64,000 nucleotides of DNA from Eubacteriales bacterium (GTDB lineage Bacteria > Bacillota > Clostridia > Oscillospirales > CAG-272), in assembly GCA_045533675.1 (NCBI GenBank), contig JAZSIF010000001.1, positions 18,980-82,979 on the forward strand, read 5' to 3'. Both the position numbers and the translations under genes were made by a program. Below, in pieces: positions 19,704-28,375 of the stretch. The notes below the pieces were generated by a model. That model ran no database searches. It had not been told where the DNA came from and worked only from the letters and a program-made list of their open reading frames with translations. Each line of letters starts with the position of its first letter. Positions within the stretch are counted from its first letter, which is position 1.

Positions 19704-20792
19704 TCAAACACCGAACATGGAGCCGAGGAAATCATCCAGATCCACATCCGCCTTCTTTGCGGGTGCTTCCTCTACCTTAGGAGCTTCCTCTGCTTTAAGA
19801 GCTTCCTCTGCCGCCTTGGGAGCTTCCTCTGCCATATCCTTGGAGAAGCCCGTAGCGATGAGGGTGATTCTCATTTCATCCTCCAGCTCGGGATCAAAGG
19901 CTACACCGAAGATCACGTTGGCATCGGGATTGCACTCGTTGGTCACCATGGTACAAGCCACGTCTACGTCGGCAAGTCCCACGTCGGGAGACGCGGTAAT
20001 ACTCAAAATGATACCCGTAGCGCCCTTGATGGAGGTGTCGAGGAGAGGGCTGGAGATCGCCATCTTTGCCGCGTTCTCTGCCTTGTCCTTACCCGACGCG
20101 CTACCGATACCCATATGTGCCAGACCAGAGCGGTACATAACCGAGGTCACGTCCGCAAAGTCCAAATTGATCACACCCTCAATGTTGATCAGCTCGGAAA
20201 TGCTCTGTACGGCACGGCGAAGCACGTCGTCAGCCTCGGAGAAGGCGTTGAAGAGCGTGATTCTTGTATCCGATACCAAACGGAGTCTCTCGTTGGGGAT
20301 CACCACTAAGGAGTCTACGTACTGGCGAAGCTCGTCGATACCCTGAAGTGCCTGATCCATTCTGCGCTTGGACTCAAAGGCAAAGGGGGTGGTTACCACG
20401 CCGACGGTGAGAATATCCATTTCGTGGGCGATTCTTGCCACCACGGGAGCAGCGCCCGTACCCGTTCCGCCGCCCATGCCCGCGGTAATAAATACCATAT
20501 CCGCACCTGCCAGCACGGTCTTAATCTGCTCAATGGATTCCTCCGCGGAGCGCTCACCGATGGATGGGTTGGCACCCGCGCCAAAGCCCTTGGTGATCTT
20601 TTCTCCAATGACGATCTGCGTAGGCGCTACCGAATTTTTCAGCGCCTGACGATCGGTATTGATGGTAATAAACTCGACGCCCTGTACGCCCGACCGAATC
20701 ATACGGTTGACTGCGTTATTTCCGCCTCCGCCAACGCCGACCACCTTAATACAAACGCCGCTCTCAAAGCTTTCGTCACGTTCAAAACTCAT
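19704..20792 (-). CDS. ftsZ: cell division GTPase FtsZ, proximal copy
   Basis: 362 aa from MSFERDE (GGAGGAG 6 nt upstream; the track adds MEEIN). It has [37 protein letters not shown], an [14 protein letters not shown] linker and the tail [12 protein letters not shown]. Confidence 0.93.
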   Translation of the reverse strand: MSFERDESFESGVCIKVVGVGGGGNNAVNRMIRSGVQGVEFITINTDRQALKNSVAPTQIVIGEKITKGFGAGANPSIGERSAEESIEQIKTVLAGADMVFITAGMGGGTGTGAAPVVARIAHEMDILTVGVVTTPFAFESKRRMDQALQGIDELRQYVDSLVVIPNERLRLVSDTRITLFNAFSEADDVLRRAVQSISELINIEGVINLDFADVTSVMYRSGLAHMGIGSASGKDKAENAAKMAISSPLLDTSIKGATGIILSITASPDVGLADVDVACTMVTNECNPDANVIFGVAFDPELEDEMRITLIATGFSKDMAEEAPKAAEEALKAEEAPKVEEAPAKKADVDLDDFLGSMFGV

Positions 20793-20845
20793 GTTGATCT
20801 CCTCCAAATCTTCCTTACGATCGAAATCATAAAATATACATATAT

Positions 20846-20874
20846 ATCATAATATATTTTTCTGTTTTTTTCAA
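20846..20874 (-). promoter_or_regulatory. candidate promoter for the ftsZ pair
   Basis: Minus strand TTGAAA, 17-nt spacer, TATGAT, in a very AT-rich 230-bp gap. Confidence 0.4.
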
Positions 20875-20937
20875 TACCTTTTTTGAAATTTTTCAAGAAT
20901 TTTCACTTTTTTTTTGCCGAAAAATCGAATTTTTCGC

Positions 20938-20976
20938 AAAAAACAAAAAATCGGTTGAAATTCAGGCTTCAACCGA
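20938..20976 (-). terminator. intrinsic terminator after ftsQ
   Basis: Minus strand TCGGTTGAA gcctgaat TTCAACCGA followed by TTTTTTGTTTTTTG. Confidence 0.7.
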
Positions 20977-21021
20977 CATTTTGTTATGAGTTTTTTCAGT
21001 GACCACAACATATGGTGGTAT

Positions 21022-21825
21022 CTACTGAGATTTGCTCTCGCTGTCTTCGGGAACGACAGGAGGCATTTTGACCGAAACAGCAATAGGATCGTCCGAATTT
21101 TCCGCCGTGATCTCACCGCTCTCGGCACCCGCCAAGCGATCCGATACCAGCACCACTCCGACCTGCTCCAGTTTATAGGAAAGCTCCTCCGCACTGCCGA
21201 GCTTTACCGTGAATTTTTCGTCCACTACCAAGCGGATATTTCGTCTGTCCACCACATTGACCTCGCTCATGCGTCCAAAGTAGGAGCAGGAGCGAATGGT
21301 GTCGATGATCTCCAGCGTTCGGCGAAGCTCATTCTCATCCTCCGCAAAGGAGGGGACAGATCCCGCGATCACTCGTTGAACGTCGGGAAGAATGAGGCGG
21401 GTCATTCCCTCGGTAGACTCGATCTCGTCAATGACCAACAGATTTTCATTGAGGGCATACTTCCCTCCCGATATTTCAATGTACCAGGGGGTAAATCGCT
21501 CGGTAATCACCACCTTGAGTCGGTTGGGGAATATTGGACGTAGTTCCAAATTTAAAAGAAAGGGAAATTCTTTGAGCATTCGCTCCTTGATGGCATCGCT
21601 GTCAAGGTCATAGAGCCAATCCTTCCCACCAAGGTTCAAGCCCTCAATGAGCAGCTCCTCGCTGTATCTTCCTTCACCCTCGATCTCGATGACACCCACC
21701 GTGCAAAAGCGTTTGACAACGGACGCGCAGGAAAGGATCGCCAATGCGCACAATATGATCATCACCATCAGAAGAATCGCTCTACGGATGTTGACACCTT
21801 CCCACCTGGTCCCGTTTCTCTTCAC
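21022..21825 (-). CDS. ftsQ: cell division protein FtsQ/DivIB (POTRA domain)
   Basis: 267 aa with one N-terminal TM segment (ILLMVMIILCALAILSCA), then VIEIEGEGRYSEELLIEGL... (POTRA-like). Its position between murG and ftsZ also fits. Confidence 0.8.
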   Translation of the reverse strand: MKRNGTRWEGVNIRRAILLMVMIILCALAILSCASVVKRFCTVGVIEIEGEGRYSEELLIEGLNLGGKDWLYDLDSDAIKERMLKEFPFLLNLELRPIFPNRLKVVITERFTPWYIEISGGKYALNENLLVIDEIESTEGMTRLILPDVQRVIAGSVPSFAEDENELRRTLEIIDTIRSCSYFGRMSEVNVVDRRNIRLVVDEKFTVKLGSAEELSYKLEQVGVVLVSDRLAGAESGEITAENSDDPIAVSVKMPPVVPEDSESKSQ

Positions 21826-21853
21826 GGTACACTCTCCTTTCCTTTATCGTCTT

Positions 21854-22969
21854 TTACTTTCTTTTCACGAGCTTCTGAATTTCTCCCCAGATTTTCCGAT
21901 TCACCTCGGGATCGGCAAACATTTTCACCGATTCGCTCATGCTCGTTCGGATCTCCTCGTTCTCCACGATTTTTCGGACCGAATCCAGCATCAGGTCCAT
22001 ATTCAACTCCATCTCCTCCAAAAGGATCGCCGCCCCACGGTCCGCCAACACCTTGGCGTTTTTATACTGGTGGTTATCGGCAACGTTGGGAGACGGAATG
22101 AGAATGGCGGGCTTTCCCATAATGGCAAGCTCGGTCAGAGTCATCGCTCCTGCCCGACAGATCACAAGGTCCGCCGCCGCCATATGCAAGGGCATGTCGT
22201 AAATATAGTCCTTCAGCACCAATCTCTCGTTTCGTTCCAGACCATATGCCGCAAAGATGGCTCTCGCGTTCTCATAGCCCCGAGCGCCGCCCGAATGGAA
22301 GTGCATCACGTCCGATCGGACCGAGGAAAATTCCTTCATAACTCCAATCGCAGCCTCGTTGATCTTCTGCGCCCCAAGGCTTCCGCCGAAGGACAGGATC
22401 ACGTGCTTCACGGAATGGGGAATGCCCAATTTCTTTCGTGCCTCCTCCTTGCTGACCATTCCGTAGGAAGACCTGAGAGGATTTCCCACGCAAACCACCT
22501 TCCCCTTTTCGGTCAGGAGGTCCTTGGTCTCTCGGAAGTTGGTCAGAATCACATCCACCTTCTTTTGCAGCTGACGCACCGCCACGCCGGGAAGCGCGTT
22601 GGATTCGTGGACCATATTGGGAATCCCCATAGAAATCGCCGCCCGCAAAAGAGGCCAGCAAACGTATCCTCCCGTTCCGATGACCAGATCGGGCTTGAAC
22701 TCCTTGATGATTTTCTTCGCGTGGGAGGGAGACGTCATTACATAATAGGCGGTTTTAAGATTGGAAAGGGACAAGGAACGGCGAAGCCCTTGGATTTTTA
22801 CGTGATACATGGGGTACCCTTCTCTGCCCACCAGCTTGTTTTCAATGCCACGTTCGGTGCCCACAAAGGCAATCTCTGCATGGGGTACGTTCATTTTAAT
22901 AATATCGGCAATGGCAAGAGCGGGATTGACGTGTCCGCCTGTACCGCCGCCTGTCAGTAATACTCTCAT
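21854..22969 (-). CDS. murG: UDP-GlcNAc:lipid I GlcNAc transferase MurG
   Basis: MRVLLTGGGTGGHVNPALAIAD... Confidence 0.93.
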   Translation of the reverse strand: MRVLLTGGGTGGHVNPALAIADIIKMNVPHAEIAFVGTERGIENKLVGREGYPMYHVKIQGLRRSLSLSNLKTAYYVMTSPSHAKKIIKEFKPDLVIGTGGYVCWPLLRAAISMGIPNMVHESNALPGVAVRQLQKKVDVILTNFRETKDLLTEKGKVVCVGNPLRSSYGMVSKEEARKKLGIPHSVKHVILSFGGSLGAQKINEAAIGVMKEFSSVRSDVMHFHSGGARGYENARAIFAAYGLERNERLVLKDYIYDMPLHMAAADLVICRAGAMTLTELAIMGKPAILIPSPNVADNHQYKNAKVLADRGAAILLEEMELNMDLMLDSVRKIVENEEIRTSMSESVKMFADPEVNRKIWGEIQKLVKRK

Positions 22970-22989
22970 TTGTCTCTATCCTTTCGGGT

Positions 22990-24297
22990 CTATTTTTTTT
23001 GCGAGGAATACCGTGAGATCGACAAAATAATTCCGATCTCAAAGATCTGCAACATCAATGAGGAACCTCCCGTGCTGAAAAAGGGCAAGGAAATTCCCGT
23101 GTTCGGCATCATGTTCGTCACTACGGCGATATTCATGGCGACCTGCAAAGCGATCTTAAAGGTCAAGCCCCATACCGCAAGGGCTGAAAATTTATCGGGG
23201 GCTTTCTGCCCGATACGGATGCCCCGCCAAATAAGAAGTCCAAACAAGAGGGTAACCAGGAAGGCTCCCACGAATCCGAGCTCCTCGCAGATGATGGTAA
23301 AAATGAAGTCATTTTGCGGCTGAGACACATAGCCGAATTTTTGTCGGCTGTATCCTAGCCCCAAACCGAAAAATCCACCCGAGCCAATGGCGTACATTCC
23401 CTGCAAGGTTTGCCAAGCAGAACCCAGAGGGTCTGCCTCCTCTAAATTCCACCAAATTTCCACACGGGTCTGGGCATAGTCGGACACGAGGATCAGAAAC
23501 ACACCTGCCACGGCGATGATACCGAGAAAGATGGCAAGATATTTCACGCGTGTCCCGCCCAAATACATGACCACAAGACCGAGCATGCCCACGATCATCA
23601 GTCCCGAAATATGCCGCTCCAGAGCGACCAAAGCGCAGATCACGCCGATGATGCCCATGGGAACCAAAAAGCCGTGCTTGAGGCTTCCGCCGAACTTTCC
23701 CGTGGAGGTGATCTTTTTTTCATACTTCGACATATAGAGCGCCAGCACCAGTACCACCGCCATTTTGGCGATCTCGGAGGGCTGGAGCGTGAAAAAGCCT
23801 AAGTCAATCCAACGCTGCGCCACACCCTCTGCCGCACCGATGACCAGCACCAAAAGCAAGAGGAACATGGAGACGGCATACGCGCCCACGCCAAAGACCC
23901 GCCAAAACCAAGGACGGGCAAAGGCAACGAAAAACGCGGTCACCGCCGTCGCAATGACAGCAAACAAGATGTACCGCCACAGATAATAGGTGGCGCTGTC
24001 ATAATTGCGCTCGGCATATACCGCGCTTGCGCTGTATGACATGATTGCTCCAAAGCAAAGGAGAAGGACCGCCCAAAGAAGAAACCAGCCGTCAATGCCT
24101 CCCTTTTCCAAGGGGGCACTCTCGTCTTCTTTTTTGGCGGGTGTCAAGGGCTCGGTAAACGCCGGGTCCTTTTCCACCATTCTTTGCTCCTGCCTCTCGC
24201 GAAAGAGGGCAAGCTTGCCATTCAGCTTCGATGTGTGTTTCGGTTGTTCGGGCAGATCCCGTTTTTGATTCTCTTGGTTTTCCTTCAAAATCGGCAC
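22990..24297 (-). CDS. ftsW: SEDS-family FtsW/SpoVE
   Basis: 435 aa and about 10 TM segments, containing GSGGFFGLGLGYSRQKFGYVSQPQNDFIF. There is a roughly 70-aa charged N-terminal extension. Confidence 0.88.
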   Translation of the reverse strand: MPILKENQENQKRDLPEQPKHTSKLNGKLALFRERQEQRMVEKDPAFTEPLTPAKKEDESAPLEKGGIDGWFLLWAVLLLCFGAIMSYSASAVYAERNYDSATYYLWRYILFAVIATAVTAFFVAFARPWFWRVFGVGAYAVSMFLLLLVLVIGAAEGVAQRWIDLGFFTLQPSEIAKMAVVLVLALYMSKYEKKITSTGKFGGSLKHGFLVPMGIIGVICALVALERHISGLMIVGMLGLVVMYLGGTRVKYLAIFLGIIAVAGVFLILVSDYAQTRVEIWWNLEEADPLGSAWQTLQGMYAIGSGGFFGLGLGYSRQKFGYVSQPQNDFIFTIICEELGFVGAFLVTLLFGLLIWRGIRIGQKAPDKFSALAVWGLTFKIALQVAMNIAVVTNMMPNTGISLPFFSTGGSSLMLQIFEIGIILSISRYSSQKK

Positions 24298-24329
24298 CTT
24301 CCCTTCTTATTTTCTGTTTCAGGCACTCC

Positions 24330-25322
24330 TCAGAGCGCAAACCATGCCGCAAGGCAGCATAGAGCCGTCACAATTGAGAAGACCGTGACCACCTTCGCCT
24401 CGCTCCATCCGCATTTTTCAAAGTGATGATGGATGGGCGCCATTTTAAAGATTCGCTTATTGCGAAGCTTGAAGCTCCCTACCTGCAGCATCACCGATAC
24501 GGATTCCATAATATACACGAAGCCCACGATGAATACGAGCATGGGCTCGTTGATGATAAACACCGCTCCCGTCACCACACCTCCGAGGAAGAGAGAACCA
24601 GTGTCTCCCATAAACACCTTGGCGGGATGCAGATTATAAATGAGAAATCCGACCATACCGCCCACAAGCGCCCCCGAAAGGAGGGTCAGGGAATCGTGCA
24701 GGTACTGGATTCCCACAAAGCCGAAGAAGCAGAAGACCACAAGGGTCACGGTGCTTGCCAGTCCGTCGATGCCGTCGGTAAGGTTGACACTGTTGACAAC
24801 ACCCACGATGACAAACATGGCAAAGACGTAGTAAAGAATCCCAAGCTCCACGTAAATATCAGTAAAGGGGATATGGAGCATGGTATCAATGTTTCCGAAT
24901 TTCTGCATAAGGAAAATATACGCCACCGCCGCGATGATCTGAAGCAGAGCCTTTTGATATGCCTTCAAGCCTTGATTCTGCTTTTTCATCAGCTTGCAGT
25001 AGTCATCCACAAAGCCGATCATGCCGTTCATGACCGCCAAAGAAAGGGTCAATGCCAAGGGGATCAGCTGACTCTGCTCTCCACGGCAAAGATAGTACAC
25101 CAAAAAGCCAAGCAGGCACAGGAGAATCGCTAAAATAAAGCAGATGCCTCCCATGGTAGGCGTTCCCGCCTTACTCTTGTGCCAATTGGGACCCAGCTCA
25201 TAGATCACCTGTCCCACCTTTTTTTCTCTCAGCTTGGGAATGATGAAGCGCCCCAGCACCGCAGTCAGCAAAAAGCACACTGCCGCCGCCAGTCCGAATT
25301 GTATCCATTGCTCCTTCATCAT
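24330..25322 (-). CDS. mraY: phospho-N-acetylmuramoyl-pentapeptide transferase MraY
   Basis: Contains [31 protein letters not shown] and APIHHHFE. Confidence 0.93.
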   Translation of the reverse strand: MMKEQWIQFGLAAAVCFLLTAVLGRFIIPKLREKKVGQVIYELGPNWHKSKAGTPTMGGICFILAILLCLLGFLVYYLCRGEQSQLIPLALTLSLAVMNGMIGFVDDYCKLMKKQNQGLKAYQKALLQIIAAVAYIFLMQKFGNIDTMLHIPFTDIYVELGILYYVFAMFVIVGVVNSVNLTDGIDGLASTVTLVVFCFFGFVGIQYLHDSLTLLSGALVGGMVGFLIYNLHPAKVFMGDTGSLFLGGVVTGAVFIINEPMLVFIVGFVYIMESVSVMLQVGSFKLRNKRIFKMAPIHHHFEKCGWSEAKVVTVFSIVTALCCLAAWFAL

Positions 25323-25344
25323 TTGTCTCCCATCTTATCCGTCT

Positions 25345-26787
25345 TTAGGCTGAAAGCCGCTGACTGTTTTCCTTCAAATACTGAATAATGCGCTCCGCGG
25401 CAGCTCCTCTGCTTGCCTTGACCAAAAGCGTATCTCCTTGACGCAGAGTTCCCAAGAGCATCTCGCCGCTCAGCTCAGGCGAGCGGGTATCGGCATTGCG
25501 ATACATCAACTCGGGGTCCATTCCGCCAAGGATCGCACCCATGGCAATCTGCTCGGCAGACTGTCCAAAGGTATATAAAAGCTCACCGCCCATACGGGCA
25601 AAGTACAGCCCTGTCTCCTCGTGAAATTTTTCTGCATCGCTTCCCAGCTCATACATATCCCCAAGCACTGCCGCCATTCTGCCGCTTCCCTTTCTTTCGG
25701 AAAGGCTGTGGAGCACACGAATCGCCGCGCGCATGGATTCGGGGCTTGCGTTGTAGCAATCCTCGATAATGGTGATCCCACCGATCTCATAGATGTTCTG
25801 TCTCATGCCCACGGGACGGTAGCACATGAGTCCATGCGCGATCGCCTGATCGGACAGATTCATACGCACGCCCACCGCAAACGCGAAGAGGGCGGCATAG
25901 ATATTGTGACGGCCCATGGTGGGGATGGTCACGTCCTTTACGGTCTTACCGAAATATTCTACGTCAAATACAGTTTTTCCGATCTCCTCGCGGATATTCA
26001 CCGCGCGGAAATCACATTCGCTATCGATGCCCACAAATACGGGGATTTTGTTGCCCGTGGGGTAGCAACGAAGCAAGGGCTCGTCGCCGTTGAGAAGTAG
26101 CGCGCCGCCCTCCTTGAGTCCTGCCATGATCTCCATTTTGGCATGGCAGATGTTTTCACGGGAGCCAAGATGCTCCATGTGAGAAGAACCGATGGTGGTC
26201 ACAATGGCTATGTCGGGCTCGGCAATGCGGGACATATATTCGATCTCGCCGAAATCGCTCATGCCCATCTCCAGCACCGATACCTCGGTATCATTCTGCA
26301 TGGAAAGGAGAGACAGAGGCATACCGAGGGTACTGTTGTAGTTTCCTTCGGTCTTATGCACGCGAAACGCTTCGCCAAGCACTGCCGCCACAAATTCCTT
26401 GGTGGTGGTTTTGCCTACACTTCCCGTAATCGCGACCTTTCTGTGGTTCAAACGGCGGTCGTATGCCTTGGCAAGCTCGCCGATGGCGCGTAAGGAATCC
26501 TCTACGACAACCGCCACGTATTTGTGATCCATGGTTTCGGGAATTCTCTCACACAGCACGCAGGCGTTGCCCGAGGAAACGGCGGCGCCGATATAGTCAT
26601 GACCGTCCACACGCTCCCCGCCAAGGGCTACAAAGAGGGTACCCTCTGCCGCCTCACGGGAGTCGGTGCAGACCGAACGAAAAGGAAGATTCCGATTGAT
26701 CTCGCCGCCCACGCAGCACAAAAGACCGCCGCAAATCTGAGCAAGCTCTGCCATCGTCAAGCTGTTACATCCTACGTTGACCTTCAT
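25345..26787 (-). CDS. murF: UDP-MurNAc-tripeptide--D-Ala-D-Ala ligase MurF
   Basis: ITGSVGKTTTKE and a Mur ligase layout. The start is set at MKVNVG (GGGAGGG upstream). The track begins at a GTG 10 codons earlier. Confidence 0.9.
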   Translation of the reverse strand: MKVNVGCNSLTMAELAQICGGLLCCVGGEINRNLPFRSVCTDSREAAEGTLFVALGGERVDGHDYIGAAVSSGNACVLCERIPETMDHKYVAVVVEDSLRAIGELAKAYDRRLNHRKVAITGSVGKTTTKEFVAAVLGEAFRVHKTEGNYNSTLGMPLSLLSMQNDTEVSVLEMGMSDFGEIEYMSRIAEPDIAIVTTIGSSHMEHLGSRENICHAKMEIMAGLKEGGALLLNGDEPLLRCYPTGNKIPVFVGIDSECDFRAVNIREEIGKTVFDVEYFGKTVKDVTIPTMGRHNIYAALFAFAVGVRMNLSDQAIAHGLMCYRPVGMRQNIYEIGGITIIEDCYNASPESMRAAIRVLHSLSERKGSGRMAAVLGDMYELGSDAEKFHEETGLYFARMGGELLYTFGQSAEQIAMGAILGGMDPELMYRNADTRSPELSGEMLLGTLRQGDTLLVKASRGAAAERIIQYLKENSQRLSA

Positions 26788-26818
26788 TCGTTTCTTCCCT
26801 CCCGAGCATTCGCTCACT

Positions 26819-28321
26819 TTATTTCTGATATCCTTCTATCCGTCTGCGATAAGCCTTCCGAAGAATCTCTCGCTCGTCAAAGGGGATCCGTCCCTGTTCG
26901 TTGATCTCGTACTGTTCGTGTCCCTTGCCCGCTAAGAGAAGAATGTCTCCCCGTCCGGCAAGCGATACTGCCCATTCAATGGCTTCGCCTCGGTCGGCGA
27001 TCACCGCATGAGGCTTTTCCTTGTCGATCCCCCGCAAGACATCTGAGAGGATATGCTCTCTTGCCTCTCCCCTGGGGTTATCCGAGGTCAGGATCACGAA
27101 ATCCGCATAGGCGGATGCGATCCGTCCCATTTGCTCCCGTTTGCCTCGGTCTCGCTCGCCGCCGCATCCGAAGAGCAAAAGAAGTCTACCTCCGCCCGCA
27201 CGGAGCGGAAGCAGGGTTTTGAGTATTTTTTCAAGGGCATCGGGGGTGTGGGCGTAATCAATGACCGCCGAGAACTCCGCGGGCGGCTCGAAGCGCACTT
27301 GCTCCATTCTCCCCGTGACCCCCGAGGTCTTTTCAAAAACCTTGAGGATTTTCTCGGGAGCCATTCCCTCCCCCATGGCGACTGCCGCCGCCAGCGTTGC
27401 GTTGATGATCGAAAAATTGCCGGGAATCGACAACCGCGCGGGGTAGCTGCCCACGGGTGTTTTCAGCACAAATCGGCTGCCGCTCATTCCCGTACTCTCC
27501 ACGCGGAGAGCGCAAAAGTCCCCCTCTTCCGTCGAACAGGTCAAAAAAGGAATCGTCAGCTCCTTCGCCAGTCGGCGGATATAAGGATCGTCTATGAATA
27601 AGACCGCTCCTTGGCACCTTGTGAAGAGCCTCCGTTTGGCTTGAAAGTAATCCTCCATCGTGCCATGAAAGTCCAAATGATCCTGTGTCAGATTGGTAAA
27701 TACCGCCCACCGAAATTCGATGGCATCCACACGGGAGAGGGAGAGCGCATGGGAGGAAACCTCCATTATCACGTATTCCACTCCGTCCGCCGCCATCTGG
27801 GCAAGCATTCTGTAAAGCACCTCGGGATCGGGCGTTGTCATATTCGCTAAAGGGTCGCTTCCCCGCGGGGTAAGCATCCGTCCGCCCGCCGAACGGCATT
27901 CCACCGTTCCGATCACGCCGCATATCCTTCCCCACGCTTCGAGAAGCTCCCGAATAAGAAAGGTGACCGACGTTTTTCCGTTGGTTCCCGTCACGCCGAT
28001 GATCTTCAGGCGACCGACGGGGTTTCCGTACCACGCGTTATAGAGCAAAGCAGCCGCATTCCTTGTGTTCTTAAGCACGATCCATGCTGCGGCACCACCC
28101 ACACACACGTCACACACTTGCTCTGCCACTATAACCGAGGCACCTCTTATCATTGCCTCCACCGCAAACTCATGTCCGTCCAAGCGGGTCCCCTTCATGC
28201 AAATGAACAGGCTTCCCGCGCTCACTCTCCGAGAGTCGGTGGCAATGTCTGTAATTTCAATCTCTCCCAGCTCGGGAGGGTAACCAAGTCCGGCTCTGCC
28301 GAACAATTCAAACAGCTTCAT
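26819..28321 (-). CDS. murE: UDP-MurNAc-L-Ala-D-Glu--meso-DAP ligase MurE
   Basis: VTGTNGKTS is present, and the DNPR motif (TSDNPRGE) implies meso-DAP. The start is at MKLFELF (GGAGG upstream). The track GTG at 28354 is also possible. Confidence 0.9.
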   Translation of the reverse strand: MKLFELFGRAGLGYPPELGEIEITDIATDSRRVSAGSLFICMKGTRLDGHEFAVEAMIRGASVIVAEQVCDVCVGGAAAWIVLKNTRNAAALLYNAWYGNPVGRLKIIGVTGTNGKTSVTFLIRELLEAWGRICGVIGTVECRSAGGRMLTPRGSDPLANMTTPDPEVLYRMLAQMAADGVEYVIMEVSSHALSLSRVDAIEFRWAVFTNLTQDHLDFHGTMEDYFQAKRRLFTRCQGAVLFIDDPYIRRLAKELTIPFLTCSTEEGDFCALRVESTGMSGSRFVLKTPVGSYPARLSIPGNFSIINATLAAAVAMGEGMAPEKILKVFEKTSGVTGRMEQVRFEPPAEFSAVIDYAHTPDALEKILKTLLPLRAGGGRLLLLFGCGGERDRGKREQMGRIASAYADFVILTSDNPRGEAREHILSDVLRGIDKEKPHAVIADRGEAIEWAVSLAGRGDILLLAGKGHEQYEINEQGRIPFDEREILRKAYRRRIEGYQK

Positions 28322-28375
28322 CTCTGCCTCCGAGGAACTTGTGTTTTCTTTCACTTCCTCGGCGCACAGCCTTTT

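Noticed and set aside
20793-20807. The upstream ATG (MEEIN...) for the proximal ftsZ.
   Set aside because: The codons GAG GAG are themselves the GGAGGAG Shine-Dalgarno for the ATG at 20792. No RBS precedes the upstream ATG.
21647-22960. 437-aa + strand ORF.
   Set aside because: It is antisense to ftsQ and murG, with no motifs and a His/Arg-rich composition.
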